Part shown: in pieces, positions 27,361 through 37,025 of the stretch
Numbering within the stretch: position 1 is the stretch's first letter
Layout of the letters: each line of letters starts with the position of its first letter
From: Candidatus Bathyarchaeota archaeon
GTDB lineage: Archaea; Thermoproteota; Bathyarchaeia; 40CM-2-53-6; RBG-13-38-9
Reading direction: 5' to 3'
Length of the DNA: 64,000 nt
Assembly (NCBI GenBank): GCA_963807605.1
Contig: CAWECG010000004.1
Span: 256,001-320,000 of the forward strand
Notes under the pieces: model-generated
Databases searched by the model: none
The model's input: only the letters and a program-made list of their open reading frames with translations
What the model was told of the DNA's origin: nothing
Program-made: the position numbers and the translations under genes

Positions 27361-28116
27361 TCACTTCGAAGGTAATTCTGATTCGAATCTACTCTTCGAG
27401 TCTATCATTTTGATATAGTCGATCATGAAGCATGAGATGACGAGTACCAAAAAGACCAGCTTTGTCGCAAAGACGATATTTATTGGGATCATGTGATGAA
27501 GAGGCCAAGGATTGACTATCATATCAGGATTTTGGAGCCCCTGTACAGAGAGGGCTGCTGTCCATACGACTATGTGGTAAACCAATTCGAAGCCGCTTGC
27601 CAGAACCCCAAGCCACACGATGGAGTAAAGAATTCTTCGAACATCCGGCAGCATCTGTTGGAAACGTCTTATTGATGATGGTGTGTAAAGCCCGAAAACG
27701 AACCACAGGAAGAAAGAGAATATGACGATCGTTATCGGCTTCATGTAGAGTCCTGGCAAAACCTCGACTTCGACTAGTACCAGGTTGTCGCCGACGATGT
27801 AAGGTGGGGTGGCTTTTATAGGGTAGATAATAATCACAAGGGCAGCCGTCATGCCGAATATCCAAGATAAGAGCGAGTACAGATAGCTCGTTACCCGCCT
27901 TATTTTTGGAAGTATGAAGATCGATATCATTATGCTGCCGCCGATAAAGATAAGGTAAGGTGGCGTAGGCGTCAGAGCTAAGATGACTGCACAAACGACT
28001 AGGACGACTGCAACATGCCAGAGATCTGAATACATTTCACTTCTCTCTGCAAGTGATGCCTTGAGACGCTTCACTACTGTCAACTCTTTCAGGCGAGTCT
28101 TCCAAACTTCACCCAC
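27361..28116 (-). CDS. hypothetical membrane protein
   Basis: About six TM segments; co-oriented with the flanking genes. Confidence 0.65.
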   Translation of the reverse strand: MGEVWKTRLKELTVVKRLKASLAERSEMYSDLWHVAVVLVVCAVILALTPTPPYLIFIGGSIMISIFILPKIRRVTSYLYSLLSWIFGMTAALVIIIYPIKATPPYIVGDNLVLVEVEVLPGLYMKPITIVIFSFFLWFVFGLYTPSSIRRFQQMLPDVRRILYSIVWLGVLASGFELVYHIVVWTAALSVQGLQNPDMIVNPWPLHHMIPINIVFATKLVFLVLVISCFMIDYIKMIDSKSRFESELPSK

Positions 28117-28477
28117 TTAGATCATGGCATGTTATAAAGGCGGATATTCCAGGGCACTTGCAGGCTTCAGACGTTACCGCTCTGCCCCTACCCGCATTTC
28201 TTGGTAGAAACCAGCAAAATTACCGGGCACCATCTTTGTCGCTCCACATATTAAAATGAAAGATAAATCGCTAGGCTCCTTCCAACCTGCCTCCATGTAC
28301 TGCTTGGAAACATCGATCCGAATTTCAGACCAGCGGTTCAGCGCGCACTTCTGAAAACCTTCATAGAAAAGGAACCCTGAGGCGAAAAGGCAAAAGATCC
28401 TCAGGATAAAGTCCTTGTGTCTGACTAGGCGAATAACGCTCAACTCTGAGTTCAGACTTTCCATTTAAGTTGTGCCT

Positions 28478-30610
28478 TTACAATCTTCTTTTACCGATCT
28501 TGGGTGAAAAACAAAGCAATGTCAGTACTATTAGGGCTGTCAGCGAAAGATAGAGGTAGGGATTGTCCGGGTTACTGTGGAGAATTACGATTCTCGTAGG
28601 CGCAGATTCAATTGGAATGAGCATCAGTCTGTCTTGCTTGGTTGCCTGAATACTTGTTCTTTCACCGTCAATGTATGCAGTCCATCCAGAGTGGTAAGCT
28701 TCCCTCACGATCAATTTCGCATTTCTCAATTGACTATCGATGTCAATGATGATCTTGTCAGGTGTGGGTCTATCATACCTGACTCGGATTTCTTCGTGTG
28801 TGTCCAAGAGCTGAATCGGCGAATTCCCAATTGTATTTTCAAGTACTGTTAGGTTGTCTCCGCCATATACTAAAGAAAAGTCCTGTCTAAAAGTTGAATT
28901 GCATAGATGGTTGATAAGGGTCGAGTTTGAGTTGCCAATCAGTACCCATCGAATTCCAAGTTCTTGATTTTTCTCGATAATTCTTTCCCATGTTTGAGTT
29001 CTATTGTTTGTGTTTTCCAAATCGTCTATTCTGTAGTCGTTTATGTTTAGTAGGAAAGGCAGTAACTTCTCTTGGGGATACCAGCCATCTATCAACGGCT
29101 TTCCCGAATAGCTAGGGAGTAGATACACCCAAAACGGGCACCTTACAGGGAGGATTCTTCCAAAGCCCTCTTTTGATTTGAGATAAGACAAGAGTTGTTG
29201 TGGGATTTCCGAATTCTGTGTCGTGTAGGGAAGATTCGGGTTTACATTCTGAGTCAACGAGTACGCAGCCTTCACGCCAGCTCCAACAATAATGAGCGCC
29301 AGAATCATGACCATTGCTATAAGAGATGTCTTCTTGGCTGAGGGTCGGGCTATTCTTACTAATGCCTTTCCAGCGAGGAGCGCGGCAGGAATTGAAAGGT
29401 ATAACCAAAACCTATGAATATCAAGGCTCCTCCATACCAACTGAAACAAAGGAAAATTTGCCAAAGGCACAGCGTAATATCCCAAGCCAAGCCAAAAGAA
29501 GACTGTAAACCAAAGGACTAGGAAGAGCCCCGTGGGGTCGGTGTGCTTGATTTTCTTTGAAACGTATAGTGCCAAACCGAAGATGGAAATGAGCCCCAAA
29601 ATAACAAGGGCTTGTCCAATAACCTGCCAAATTTCACTAATAGCCCCACCGAACTCGAATACTCCCATGCCGAGGAAGATTGAAATGATAGGCAAGATCG
29701 TTGGGGTCGATGTGTGATAGCCCTTCGAGAACCATATGCCAATGGCAACCATGGCCAAGATGAAGTGGATCATCCCTTGCTCAACAGTCAGATAATTGTT
29801 CAACGCATAGCTGAGTCTTATGAATGGAAATTGGACGTCCCTATTGTAGAACGGATTCTCTAAGATTTGGGCGGAAGCCTGGATGAAGTTGAGCAGCCAA
29901 GGACTCGATATTGCAACCGCGCCAACAATTACCGCAAGGAAAAGAGGGAGGGTTTCCTTGAGTTTCTTGAATGAGTTTGTAAACGAGAATAAGGCTAACG
30001 TTATGATGATCAAAGCAAGAAATGCTGAAAGGTGATGGATGAGAATCAATATCGCAAGCAGAACAGTCGAGATAACAAATGTTTGTATCACCTTTTTACC
30101 CTGTAACATCCTTGAAAAGGCCGTTAGGAAAAGACACGCAATTGGCAATGCCACTACATTCGGGAACCTATCGTAGAACAGATAGTTACCTACAACCGTA
30201 GGTGTCAATACGAATAGTAAAGAACCAACTGCGGCCTCCTTAACGCCCAAGTTGAGCTCCCGGCCTAAAAGATAGACTGAGAGAGGAGCCAACACGAAGA
30301 AAGTACTGTCCACGAGTTTGTAAGCTGCCACCGCGTCTATTCCCGCATAGGTGACTGCAAATGTTAGGAAATAGCTCAACGGTGAGTATAACAGAAGAAA
30401 GGGGGATCCGCCGTACCAGTCTGGATACCAAGATGGGATGTAACCCAGTTTGGTGCACCATTGAGACATGAATAAGATCTTACTGAGATGGCTAGTCGAG
30501 TCAACTCCTTCCGGTATCCCTGGGGCCAATCGCGGAATGGATATGACTATGCTTGCTACAATTGCTGTTAGGAGGTAGGCAGAATCACGTCCAAATATTC
30601 TTCTTTCCAT
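28478..30610 (-). CDS. PTPS-related/YfhO-like GT-C membrane protein
   Basis: GVDSTSHLSK, WYPDWYGGSPFLLLYSPLSY, and C-terminal EAYHSGWTAYIDG motifs. Confidence 0.75.
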   Translation of the reverse strand: MERRIFGRDSAYLLTAIVASIVISIPRLAPGIPEGVDSTSHLSKILFMSQWCTKLGYIPSWYPDWYGGSPFLLLYSPLSYFLTFAVTYAGIDAVAAYKLVDSTFFVLAPLSVYLLGRELNLGVKEAAVGSLLFVLTPTVVGNYLFYDRFPNVVALPIACLFLTAFSRMLQGKKVIQTFVISTVLLAILILIHHLSAFLALIIITLALFSFTNSFKKLKETLPLFLAVIVGAVAISSPWLLNFIQASAQILENPFYNRDVQFPFIRLSYALNNYLTVEQGMIHFILAMVAIGIWFSKGYHTSTPTILPIISIFLGMGVFEFGGAISEIWQVIGQALVILGLISIFGLALYVSKKIKHTDPTGLFLVLWFTVFFWLGLGYYAVPLANFPLFQLVWRSLDIHRFWLYLSIPAALLAGKALVRIARPSAKKTSLIAMVMILALIIVGAGVKAAYSLTQNVNPNLPYTTQNSEIPQQLLSYLKSKEGFGRILPVRCPFWVYLLPSYSGKPLIDGWYPQEKLLPFLLNINDYRIDDLENTNNRTQTWERIIEKNQELGIRWVLIGNSNSTLINHLCNSTFRQDFSLVYGGDNLTVLENTIGNSPIQLLDTHEEIRVRYDRPTPDKIIIDIDSQLRNAKLIVREAYHSGWTAYIDGERTSIQATKQDRLMLIPIESAPTRIVILHSNPDNPYLYLSLTALIVLTLLCFSPKIGKRRL

Positions 30611-30639
30611 CTACCGGTATTCTCCACACTCAAGCCTCT

Positions 30640-31527
30640 CTAAATATCCGAGGCGGAGGGTCGACGCCGAAGAGAAACTCTCCTGAAAATCATGGCAGTT
30701 ATGAGCAAGATTGAAGCGACCAGCGCCGACAACCTACCGTCGAACTCTGGAATGACTAGGTTGCTATCCATATCAGACGCCGATTGAATGGCATAGGGTC
30801 CATATTTGCCCATAGAGTTCTTGTCAAATGCTACTGCTATGACAGCAAGGTTTGCAGTCTCGTTGCCTAGTGGAATTGACCAGTTTCCGGATATGACTTG
30901 ATAAGAGTTAGGTCTTAAGAAGACTCCCTGCCTTATTATTTGGGCCTTATAGATCCAATTCCATTGTACCCCATCAATAGTAATCCCATTCTCCACAACA
31001 TAGGCAACTACCTCGCCGTCGAAGGGGTAACCATTTCGTTCGGCTAGAGCAACCTGTGCATTCAAGACGTTTCCATTAATTGCTTTAGTTACGGTCAGCT
31101 CCACTAAGTGAACACTTCTTGAGGCCACGGACGCTATCTCCGAGCCATTGATTATTGCGCCGCTGGTTCTGGTGTAGCCACCATCATACACATGAGAGGG
31201 CACGAAGTTCAACCCAAGTTCGGTTGCTCTTTCAACCGCGTCTGTCGTAGTCCAATTGTCCTGGAGGTGGAAAACTATGAAATGAGCGATGTAACTGCTA
31301 TTCGTTGACAGCCCCTGAATCATTTGTTGTTCCTGTCTGCAAGGTTCACACCATGTGCTACTGAAGATCTCAACGAACACCGAGTGGGTAAATGCTTGTG
31401 ATTTCACAGAGGGCATCCAGGAAGTCTGAGCTAGCATCACGACAAGTAAAATGAACAGCGCCTCACAGATCCGAAAGTAGGGGGGCTTCTTGGATACCGA
31501 GAGAATTGAGGCTCGCATCGATGTCAT
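30640..31527 (-). CDS. secreted thioredoxin-fold (Omp28-like) protein with PEF-like sorting tail
   Basis: VEIFSSTWCEPC active-site motif; C-terminal VIPEF-TM-RR. Confidence 0.7.
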   Translation of the reverse strand: MTSMRASILSVSKKPPYFRICEALFILLVVMLAQTSWMPSVKSQAFTHSVFVEIFSSTWCEPCRQEQQMIQGLSTNSSYIAHFIVFHLQDNWTTTDAVERATELGLNFVPSHVYDGGYTRTSGAIINGSEIASVASRSVHLVELTVTKAINGNVLNAQVALAERNGYPFDGEVVAYVVENGITIDGVQWNWIYKAQIIRQGVFLRPNSYQVISGNWSIPLGNETANLAVIAVAFDKNSMGKYGPYAIQSASDMDSNLVIPEFDGRLSALVASILLITAMIFRRVSLRRRPSASDI

Positions 31528-31692
31528 TCCATGATTCTGCGTATTCCGGCATCGAAACGCAATTCGGTCGACAACATTTTCAGGAGCTGTTAGAACGGTC
31601 TCACTATAAAAACATCTCCGGCGACCTCATATCTAAGGTCTAAGCAGCTGTAGTTCAATGGACAATAAGGCGCGGACGTAAGGTCAAGACGA

Positions 31693-33336
31693 ATGATAGA
31701 TGAGAAGACAACGAGCTCTCTTACAGAACTGGTGTCCAGAGTGACTGGGGACCATTTCCTAGTTGCAGCGCTGACCTACGGCTCAAGGGTAGCCGGTTAT
31801 GCAAGAAAGGACAGCCTCTATGACTGCATAGCAGTGTGCGATTATCCCGGTGGCACGAGATACTATAATGAAAAGCTCGAAGATAAGGAACTGGCTATTT
31901 TAGAGATAGATAATGAGCTTTTCCAGCTTGATGTCAAGAAAGGTGCCTTAGGGGAATTTATTGCGGGCAGAATGCTTTTCCCGTATGTCGCTTTGAAGGG
32001 CACAGAATACCTCACAGAAAAAGAAATTGAGCTTAAAGAAAGAGTGGTTAAAGAAGAGACTGAAGACTTGATTCGCCAATATGGCGAAGCCTCAAGGGGC
32101 TTAGTGATCAACCCAGAATACTTTGCCTTATCACATATGTTGAGAAGATCCAGAACCTATCCGCCGTTAAGGTACAGCTACCTAAACACGTTTTGCAGGA
32201 ACTTACGCCAAAGAAACATGTCACGAGTAATGCCCGGTTATCTAAAGGCAATCGACAGGTTAGTCAATCAAGCAATTCTGGATGAATCCAGTGAAGGCGT
32301 AATTGTCCGAGACGAATTCATTGACAGAGTTCTTTCGCGGAAAACAAAGGACACGGTTATAAACGTTGCAGAGGTCAGCAAGAGAGCTCTGTACTCCTAT
32401 CTGATGCATGGAAGAGCAGGTTTTGTCTCGCCGGAACTAATTTCACGAGAACTGGCTTCCAAGGTTCGACGAGAACTTCTCCTTACGGGCCTAAGCCTAC
32501 AGGTTGAAAATCCCACGGTTCACCTCTCGCTGAGGACCGCCAAAGGCTTGGTTCCTCTTGACGAACGTGGAACCATCAAGGACATCATCATAAAGATGAG
32601 GCCTAATTCCAAGATAGTGATCCGCCCCCTTGGGGGCGTTCTGAACGAAGTCTATCTGGTTTCGGCGAATGGTGACAAGTTAGTCGTCAAGGTCTTCACT
32701 GACTGGCATGGTTTTAAGTGGTTTACGCTCAACCTTGTGACTCTTGGCACAAAGGTATTCTCCGTCTCTGGGAAAGCTAGGCTCTCGAATGAATTTGGAA
32801 TGAGCCATCTGCTGAGAAGATCCGGGATACACACCCCAGAGATACTGCATGTTAGCCTACCGAACAAAATGCTGGTTGAAAGATACATCGAAGGGAGCAC
32901 GCTTGTTGGAACCGTAAGACAAATTGTTAGATGCGAAGCTTGTCCAGAAAGGTTCTACGATGATGTTGTAGAGATCGGCCAGATCATTGCAAAGATACAC
33001 TCACTCGGCATCCAGATAGGAGATAGCAAACCTGAAAATTTCCTTAAAGGTCCTACTGACGCAATTCACATTATAGATCTTGAACAAGCGAGAAAAGGAG
33101 GCGACTTTGCTTGGGACATTGCCGAGTTCTTGTACTACTCAGCTCACTATGCAACAACCCAAGTCCCTGGAATTCGTCGCCTGGCGGAGGCGTTCATAGA
33201 AGGGTATGTTGGGGAGGGCGATCCAGTGTGTCTCAGGAAAGCGGCCGGATTGAGTTACCTTAAGGTTTTTTCATTTTGGGCGTTGCCACAAGTCAACTAC
33301 TCCATACCCGATATCCTAAGGAAAGCCAGTCAATGA
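31693..33336 (+). CDS. nucleotidyltransferase-like domain fused to a RIO/Bud32-like kinase
   Basis: N-terminal YGSRVAGYARKDSLYD; C-terminal LVVK, IHSLGIQIGDSKPENF and IIDLEQA. Confidence 0.75.
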   Translation: MIDEKTTSSLTELVSRVTGDHFLVAALTYGSRVAGYARKDSLYDCIAVCDYPGGTRYYNEKLEDKELAILEIDNELFQLDVKKGALGEFIAGRMLFPYVALKGTEYLTEKEIELKERVVKEETEDLIRQYGEASRGLVINPEYFALSHMLRRSRTYPPLRYSYLNTFCRNLRQRNMSRVMPGYLKAIDRLVNQAILDESSEGVIVRDEFIDRVLSRKTKDTVINVAEVSKRALYSYLMHGRAGFVSPELISRELASKVRRELLLTGLSLQVENPTVHLSLRTAKGLVPLDERGTIKDIIIKMRPNSKIVIRPLGGVLNEVYLVSANGDKLVVKVFTDWHGFKWFTLNLVTLGTKVFSVSGKARLSNEFGMSHLLRRSGIHTPEILHVSLPNKMLVERYIEGSTLVGTVRQIVRCEACPERFYDDVVEIGQIIAKIHSLGIQIGDSKPENFLKGPTDAIHIIDLEQARKGGDFAWDIAEFLYYSAHYATTQVPGIRRLAEAFIEGYVGEGDPVCLRKAAGLSYLKVFSFWALPQVNYSIPDILRKASQ

Positions 33337-33472
33337 AGAACATTGAGAACACAATTCGCAACCACACAAGACCAAGGATCTCTATGAACATAGAAGACAG
33401 TGAAAAACTTAACAGTAAGTCAGCTTTTTTGCGTCAACAAGTATTGCTCTTGCTTTTTGAAAAGGGTTAAGG

Positions 33473-34145
33473 ATGTTTCAGTTGGAGCTTCGTAACTCTA
33501 GAAAGCGGCCGAGGCTCGTCATTTTTGATCTGGACGGCACAATCACAAGGTTTCCAAATGTCTGGAGGCATCTTCATACAAAACTTGGAACTTGGGAATT
33601 TGGAAAGATGCATTCCCAGAGGTATCTTGATGGCGAAATCACCTACAAAGAATGGGCAGAGTTAGACTGTGCTTTATGGAAAGGAACAAAGGTCGATAAG
33701 CTCTTGGAGATAGTGTCCAGAGTCGAATACTTTGACGGGGCAGCCGAGACGATTAGAAGGATCAAGGAAGCGGGCATGGAAGTTGGTATAGTGAGCGCAG
33801 GCATCTCACTGTTTGCCGAGAAGGTCGCAGAGGATCTGGGCGTCAAGAGAGTCCTATCAAATCATTTGGTGATATCGAATGGCGTCCTTACTGGCGACAT
33901 CGAAACGAATGTTCTCTCTGGATGATAAGCCCAAGATAATCAGAGACGTTGCGACGTCGCTAGGTATCCCCATGTCTCAGGTGGCCGTCGTAGGGGATAA
34001 TGTCTTCGATATGCCGTCGGAAGCAATGCTCAAAATAGCGTTTAATCCCAGGAGCAAAGAGGCAGAAGACGCGGCTGACTTTGTTGTCAAGGACGATGAT
34101 TTGAGAAAGGTCCTGCCGCTAATACTCCGGGAAGCTTGGGACTGA
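33473..34145 (+). pseudogene. SerB-like HAD-IB phosphatase split by one extra base near 33912 (possibly a sequencing error)
   Basis: FDLDGT and IVSAG lie in 33473-33925; K..VGDNVFD lies in the next frame (33879-34145). Confidence 0.8.
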
Positions 34146-34399
34146 CTGATCCCGAATGCAGTTGCTTTTTAAGACTTGTTCCTTTGTAATAATGGACACC
34201 ATGTGGATCCAAGCCGATAACATCGATAGTGGGATGAGCACCCAGAACTTGAATTGTCAAACCTGATGAAGTAAGCTATGTTGAACGGATTGCCCATAGT
34301 TGTCTCTCTCGCCTGTCTAACCACAAACACCTTCATATCTATGTTTAGAAAATAGACAGAACGCAATTTTTTGAGGCCAGAATTTGAGGTTCGTAGGCG

Positions 34400-34804
34400 A
34401 TGCGAAGTAAAGTCATAATTCGAGAAGACGGTCTAGCAACCATAGGAATTCCTCCTCTCCAAAGCCGAACAATTCGCCTGAGGGACATACAGTCCGTCGA
34501 AGTCTATAGTAAGAGCATAGTCCCCCCTTTGGTTTCAGCCATATTCATATCGGTCGCGCAAATATTTTTTCTGGCCCTGAGGGGTGTCACGCCTGCTCTT
34601 TGCACCCCGGATTTGTTTAATCTCATTTTATTGATATTCAATGTTCCTGTTCTTCTATGTATTCTGCTCGCCTTTTTCAGGGCAAGATGTGTAACGCTTA
34701 GAATATTTTTTCAGAGCAGTGACAGACCGTTAGCAATGCGTTTTGTGCCGCGTTCAGTTGCGGAGAGCTTTGTCGATGAATACTCAAGACTTCACGAAGG
34801 TTGA
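34400..34804 (+). CDS. hypothetical membrane protein
   Basis: Two TM segments; operon position before trmI. Confidence 0.5.
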   Translation: MRSKVIIREDGLATIGIPPLQSRTIRLRDIQSVEVYSKSIVPPLVSAIFISVAQIFFLALRGVTPALCTPDLFNLILLIFNVPVLLCILLAFFRARCVTLRIFFQSSDRPLAMRFVPRSVAESFVDEYSRLHEG

Positions 34805-34826
34805 AGTGAAAGCGGTGGTGAGCTAA

Positions 34827-35642
34827 TTGAGTGAACGAATCGACGTTGGAACAACCGTATTGCTATGGCTAGATAATAGAAGAAAATGGTTGGTGGAAGT
34901 CAAAGATGGGAAGCAGTTTCATACACACAGAGGAATTATCGAACTCACTGAACTCGTAGGCAAGTCCTTCGGTGACACGGTGACAACCTCAACTGGATAC
35001 AGATTGTACGTTTTGAGACCATCCTTCTACGATCGTCTATCCTTCCTTGAGAGACCCACACAGATACTCTATCCGAAAGATATAGGGCTCCTGCTGCTGA
35101 GGCTCGACTTGGGACCTGGCAAGATAGTGGTTGAGGCAGGCACTGGAAGTGGCGCGGTCACAGCAGCAATGGCTAATATTGTTCGGCCGACGGGACACGT
35201 CTATTCGTACGATGTTAATATGAGCTTCCTTAGCAAGGCAGAGTCCAATTTGTCCAAAATGGATCTGCTTCCCCATGTCACTCTTAGATGTTCAGACGCT
35301 AGAAATGGGTTTGAAGAATCCAATGTTGATGCCGTGTTTCTTGACTTGGGCGATCCTTGGAATGTTGTCGCCCAAGCCCACCTCTGCCTAAAAGGCGGAG
35401 CAAATCTCGCCTCGTTCAGCCCCACTATGAACCAAGTCGAGAAAACCGCCGTATGCTTGAGGCAACATGGGTTCGTTGACATAGACACCTGTGAAATTTT
35501 TTTGAGGCATATCCGTGCCGAAGAAGGAAAATCAAGACCTGAAACACGTATGATTGGTCATACAGGCTATCTTACCTTCGGAAGAAAGGCTAACAGAACA
35601 ATTGAGCCAAGCCGAGATCCAGCATCATCTTTACATCCTTGA
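34827..35642 (+). CDS. trmI: tRNA (adenine-N1)-methyltransferase
   Basis: RPTQILYPKD, EAGTGSG, FLDLGDPW and MIGHTGYL motifs. Confidence 0.93.
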   Translation: MSERIDVGTTVLLWLDNRRKWLVEVKDGKQFHTHRGIIELTELVGKSFGDTVTTSTGYRLYVLRPSFYDRLSFLERPTQILYPKDIGLLLLRLDLGPGKIVVEAGTGSGAVTAAMANIVRPTGHVYSYDVNMSFLSKAESNLSKMDLLPHVTLRCSDARNGFEESNVDAVFLDLGDPWNVVAQAHLCLKGGANLASFSPTMNQVEKTAVCLRQHGFVDIDTCEIFLRHIRAEEGKSRPETRMIGHTGYLTFGRKANRTIEPSRDPASSLHP

Positions 35643-35689
35643 AACAGAACTAAGTGCATCAAAGCTTGACCTAGGATGATTGATTAAAG

Positions 35690-36586
35690 TTGTCCGTCGG
35701 AAGAAATATTGGTGTTGTGGGTCTGGGGGCCATGGGTTTACCTATGACCAAGAATCTCCTGCGTAAGGGTTTCAGCGTGAGCGTCTTCGACGTAAGAGAT
35801 GAGCCCCTTGCGAGTCTTAAAGCGATGGGCGCCAAGCCCGCAGGATCACCAAAAGAAGTCGGGGCTACATCCTCGATTGTGCTGATGTCCCTCCCCTCAT
35901 CGAAGCAGGTTGAGGAAGTCGTCTTAGGAAACAACGGATTACTCGAAGGGATGAAGAAAGGGAGTGTGATAGTTGACACAAGCACAGTAGATCCGGAAGT
36001 ATCAAAAAGATTGACTGTGGAGTGTAAGAAAAAAGGAATAGCAATGATAGATGCTCCTGTAAGCGGGGGAACTATCGCGGCTGAAAAGGGCACGCTCTCA
36101 ATAATGGTTGGGGGGGACAAGGCCCCTGTTAACAGTTGTATGGATGTTCTTCGTGCTATCGGAGTGAACATATACCATGTCGGAGATTCAGGTCAAGGGC
36201 AAGTCTTCAAGTTGATAAACAACCTGCTCGTTGCAATCAACCTTGTTGGAGTGAGTGAAGCTCTAGTCCTAGGGCTGAAGGCGGGCGTAGATCCTGATCT
36301 GCTTTACGACGTGATCAAGACCAGCGCCGGCAACTCTTGGGCATTAGAGCAGAAGCTGCCTAAGATGGTAAAGAATGACTTCGCACCGGGCTTCAGAGTC
36401 TGGCTGCAGCATAAGGATTTGACCCTCGCAATGAACTTAGCATCACAACTCGGGGTGGCGCTCCCAATGACGAGCTTAGCTCATCAAATGTACCAGTCTG
36501 CAAAAGCCACAGGTCTCCAAGACGCGGACCATTCCGCAATAGTAAAAGTCCTGCAGCGGCTGTCTGGAACTAATTCCAAAGACTAG
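35690..36586 (+). CDS. beta-hydroxyacid dehydrogenase (GarR/MmsB family)
   Basis: GLGAMGLPM, DAPVSGG, KLINN and KDL motifs. Confidence 0.92.
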   Translation: MSVGRNIGVVGLGAMGLPMTKNLLRKGFSVSVFDVRDEPLASLKAMGAKPAGSPKEVGATSSIVLMSLPSSKQVEEVVLGNNGLLEGMKKGSVIVDTSTVDPEVSKRLTVECKKKGIAMIDAPVSGGTIAAEKGTLSIMVGGDKAPVNSCMDVLRAIGVNIYHVGDSGQGQVFKLINNLLVAINLVGVSEALVLGLKAGVDPDLLYDVIKTSAGNSWALEQKLPKMVKNDFAPGFRVWLQHKDLTLAMNLASQLGVALPMTSLAHQMYQSAKATGLQDADHSAIVKVLQRLSGTNSKD

Positions 36587-36610
36587 CAGTGCTTGCTATT
36601 CTCGAAGCCT

Positions 36611-36898
36611 TCAGTAGGCTCTTCTCAATTTCACTCTATGCGCTAAGTTTTCAGGTATCTCCATCGGATCGATGAACTCTTCAGGTCTAGCTTCGAGCTC
36701 CCTGGCCTTTATGGTTAGGCCACAAACCCCGTTCGACAGTAGTCTTCCTTTCACACATCTTGTATATTTGCAGCTGCTCGGTGTGCACTCGTCATCAGCA
36801 AACCTGCAGTAGGCGGCTTGGCCTCTTACTACAACTGCTCTTTGTTCACACCTGAAGAATTCGCAACGAGTGAAACATGATCTACTCGTATTTGACAA
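36611..36898 (-). CDS. Cys-rich hypothetical protein
   Basis: Eight Cys in spaced motifs (CFTRCEFFRC...C...C....C....C...C). Confidence 0.6.
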   Translation of the reverse strand: MSNTSRSCFTRCEFFRCEQRAVVVRGQAAYCRFADDECTPSSCKYTRCVKGRLLSNGVCGLTIKARELEARPEEFIDPMEIPENLAHRVKLRRAY

Positions 36899-37025
36899 AA
36901 AATCACCTAAAAGTACTTGGTCGGATACGTGTAGCCTGAGGGTCTTGTGCAGTTCTACTTGTTATTTCAGCTATGAATTGTGCATCTAATATTCCGATAT
37001 AAGCTTTTCCAAATCGTAGCCATAG

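Noticed and set aside
33923-33925. TGA as a selenocysteine codon, given yqeB in the window
   Set aside because: The rest of the HAD domain is in a different frame, so read-through would not restore it.
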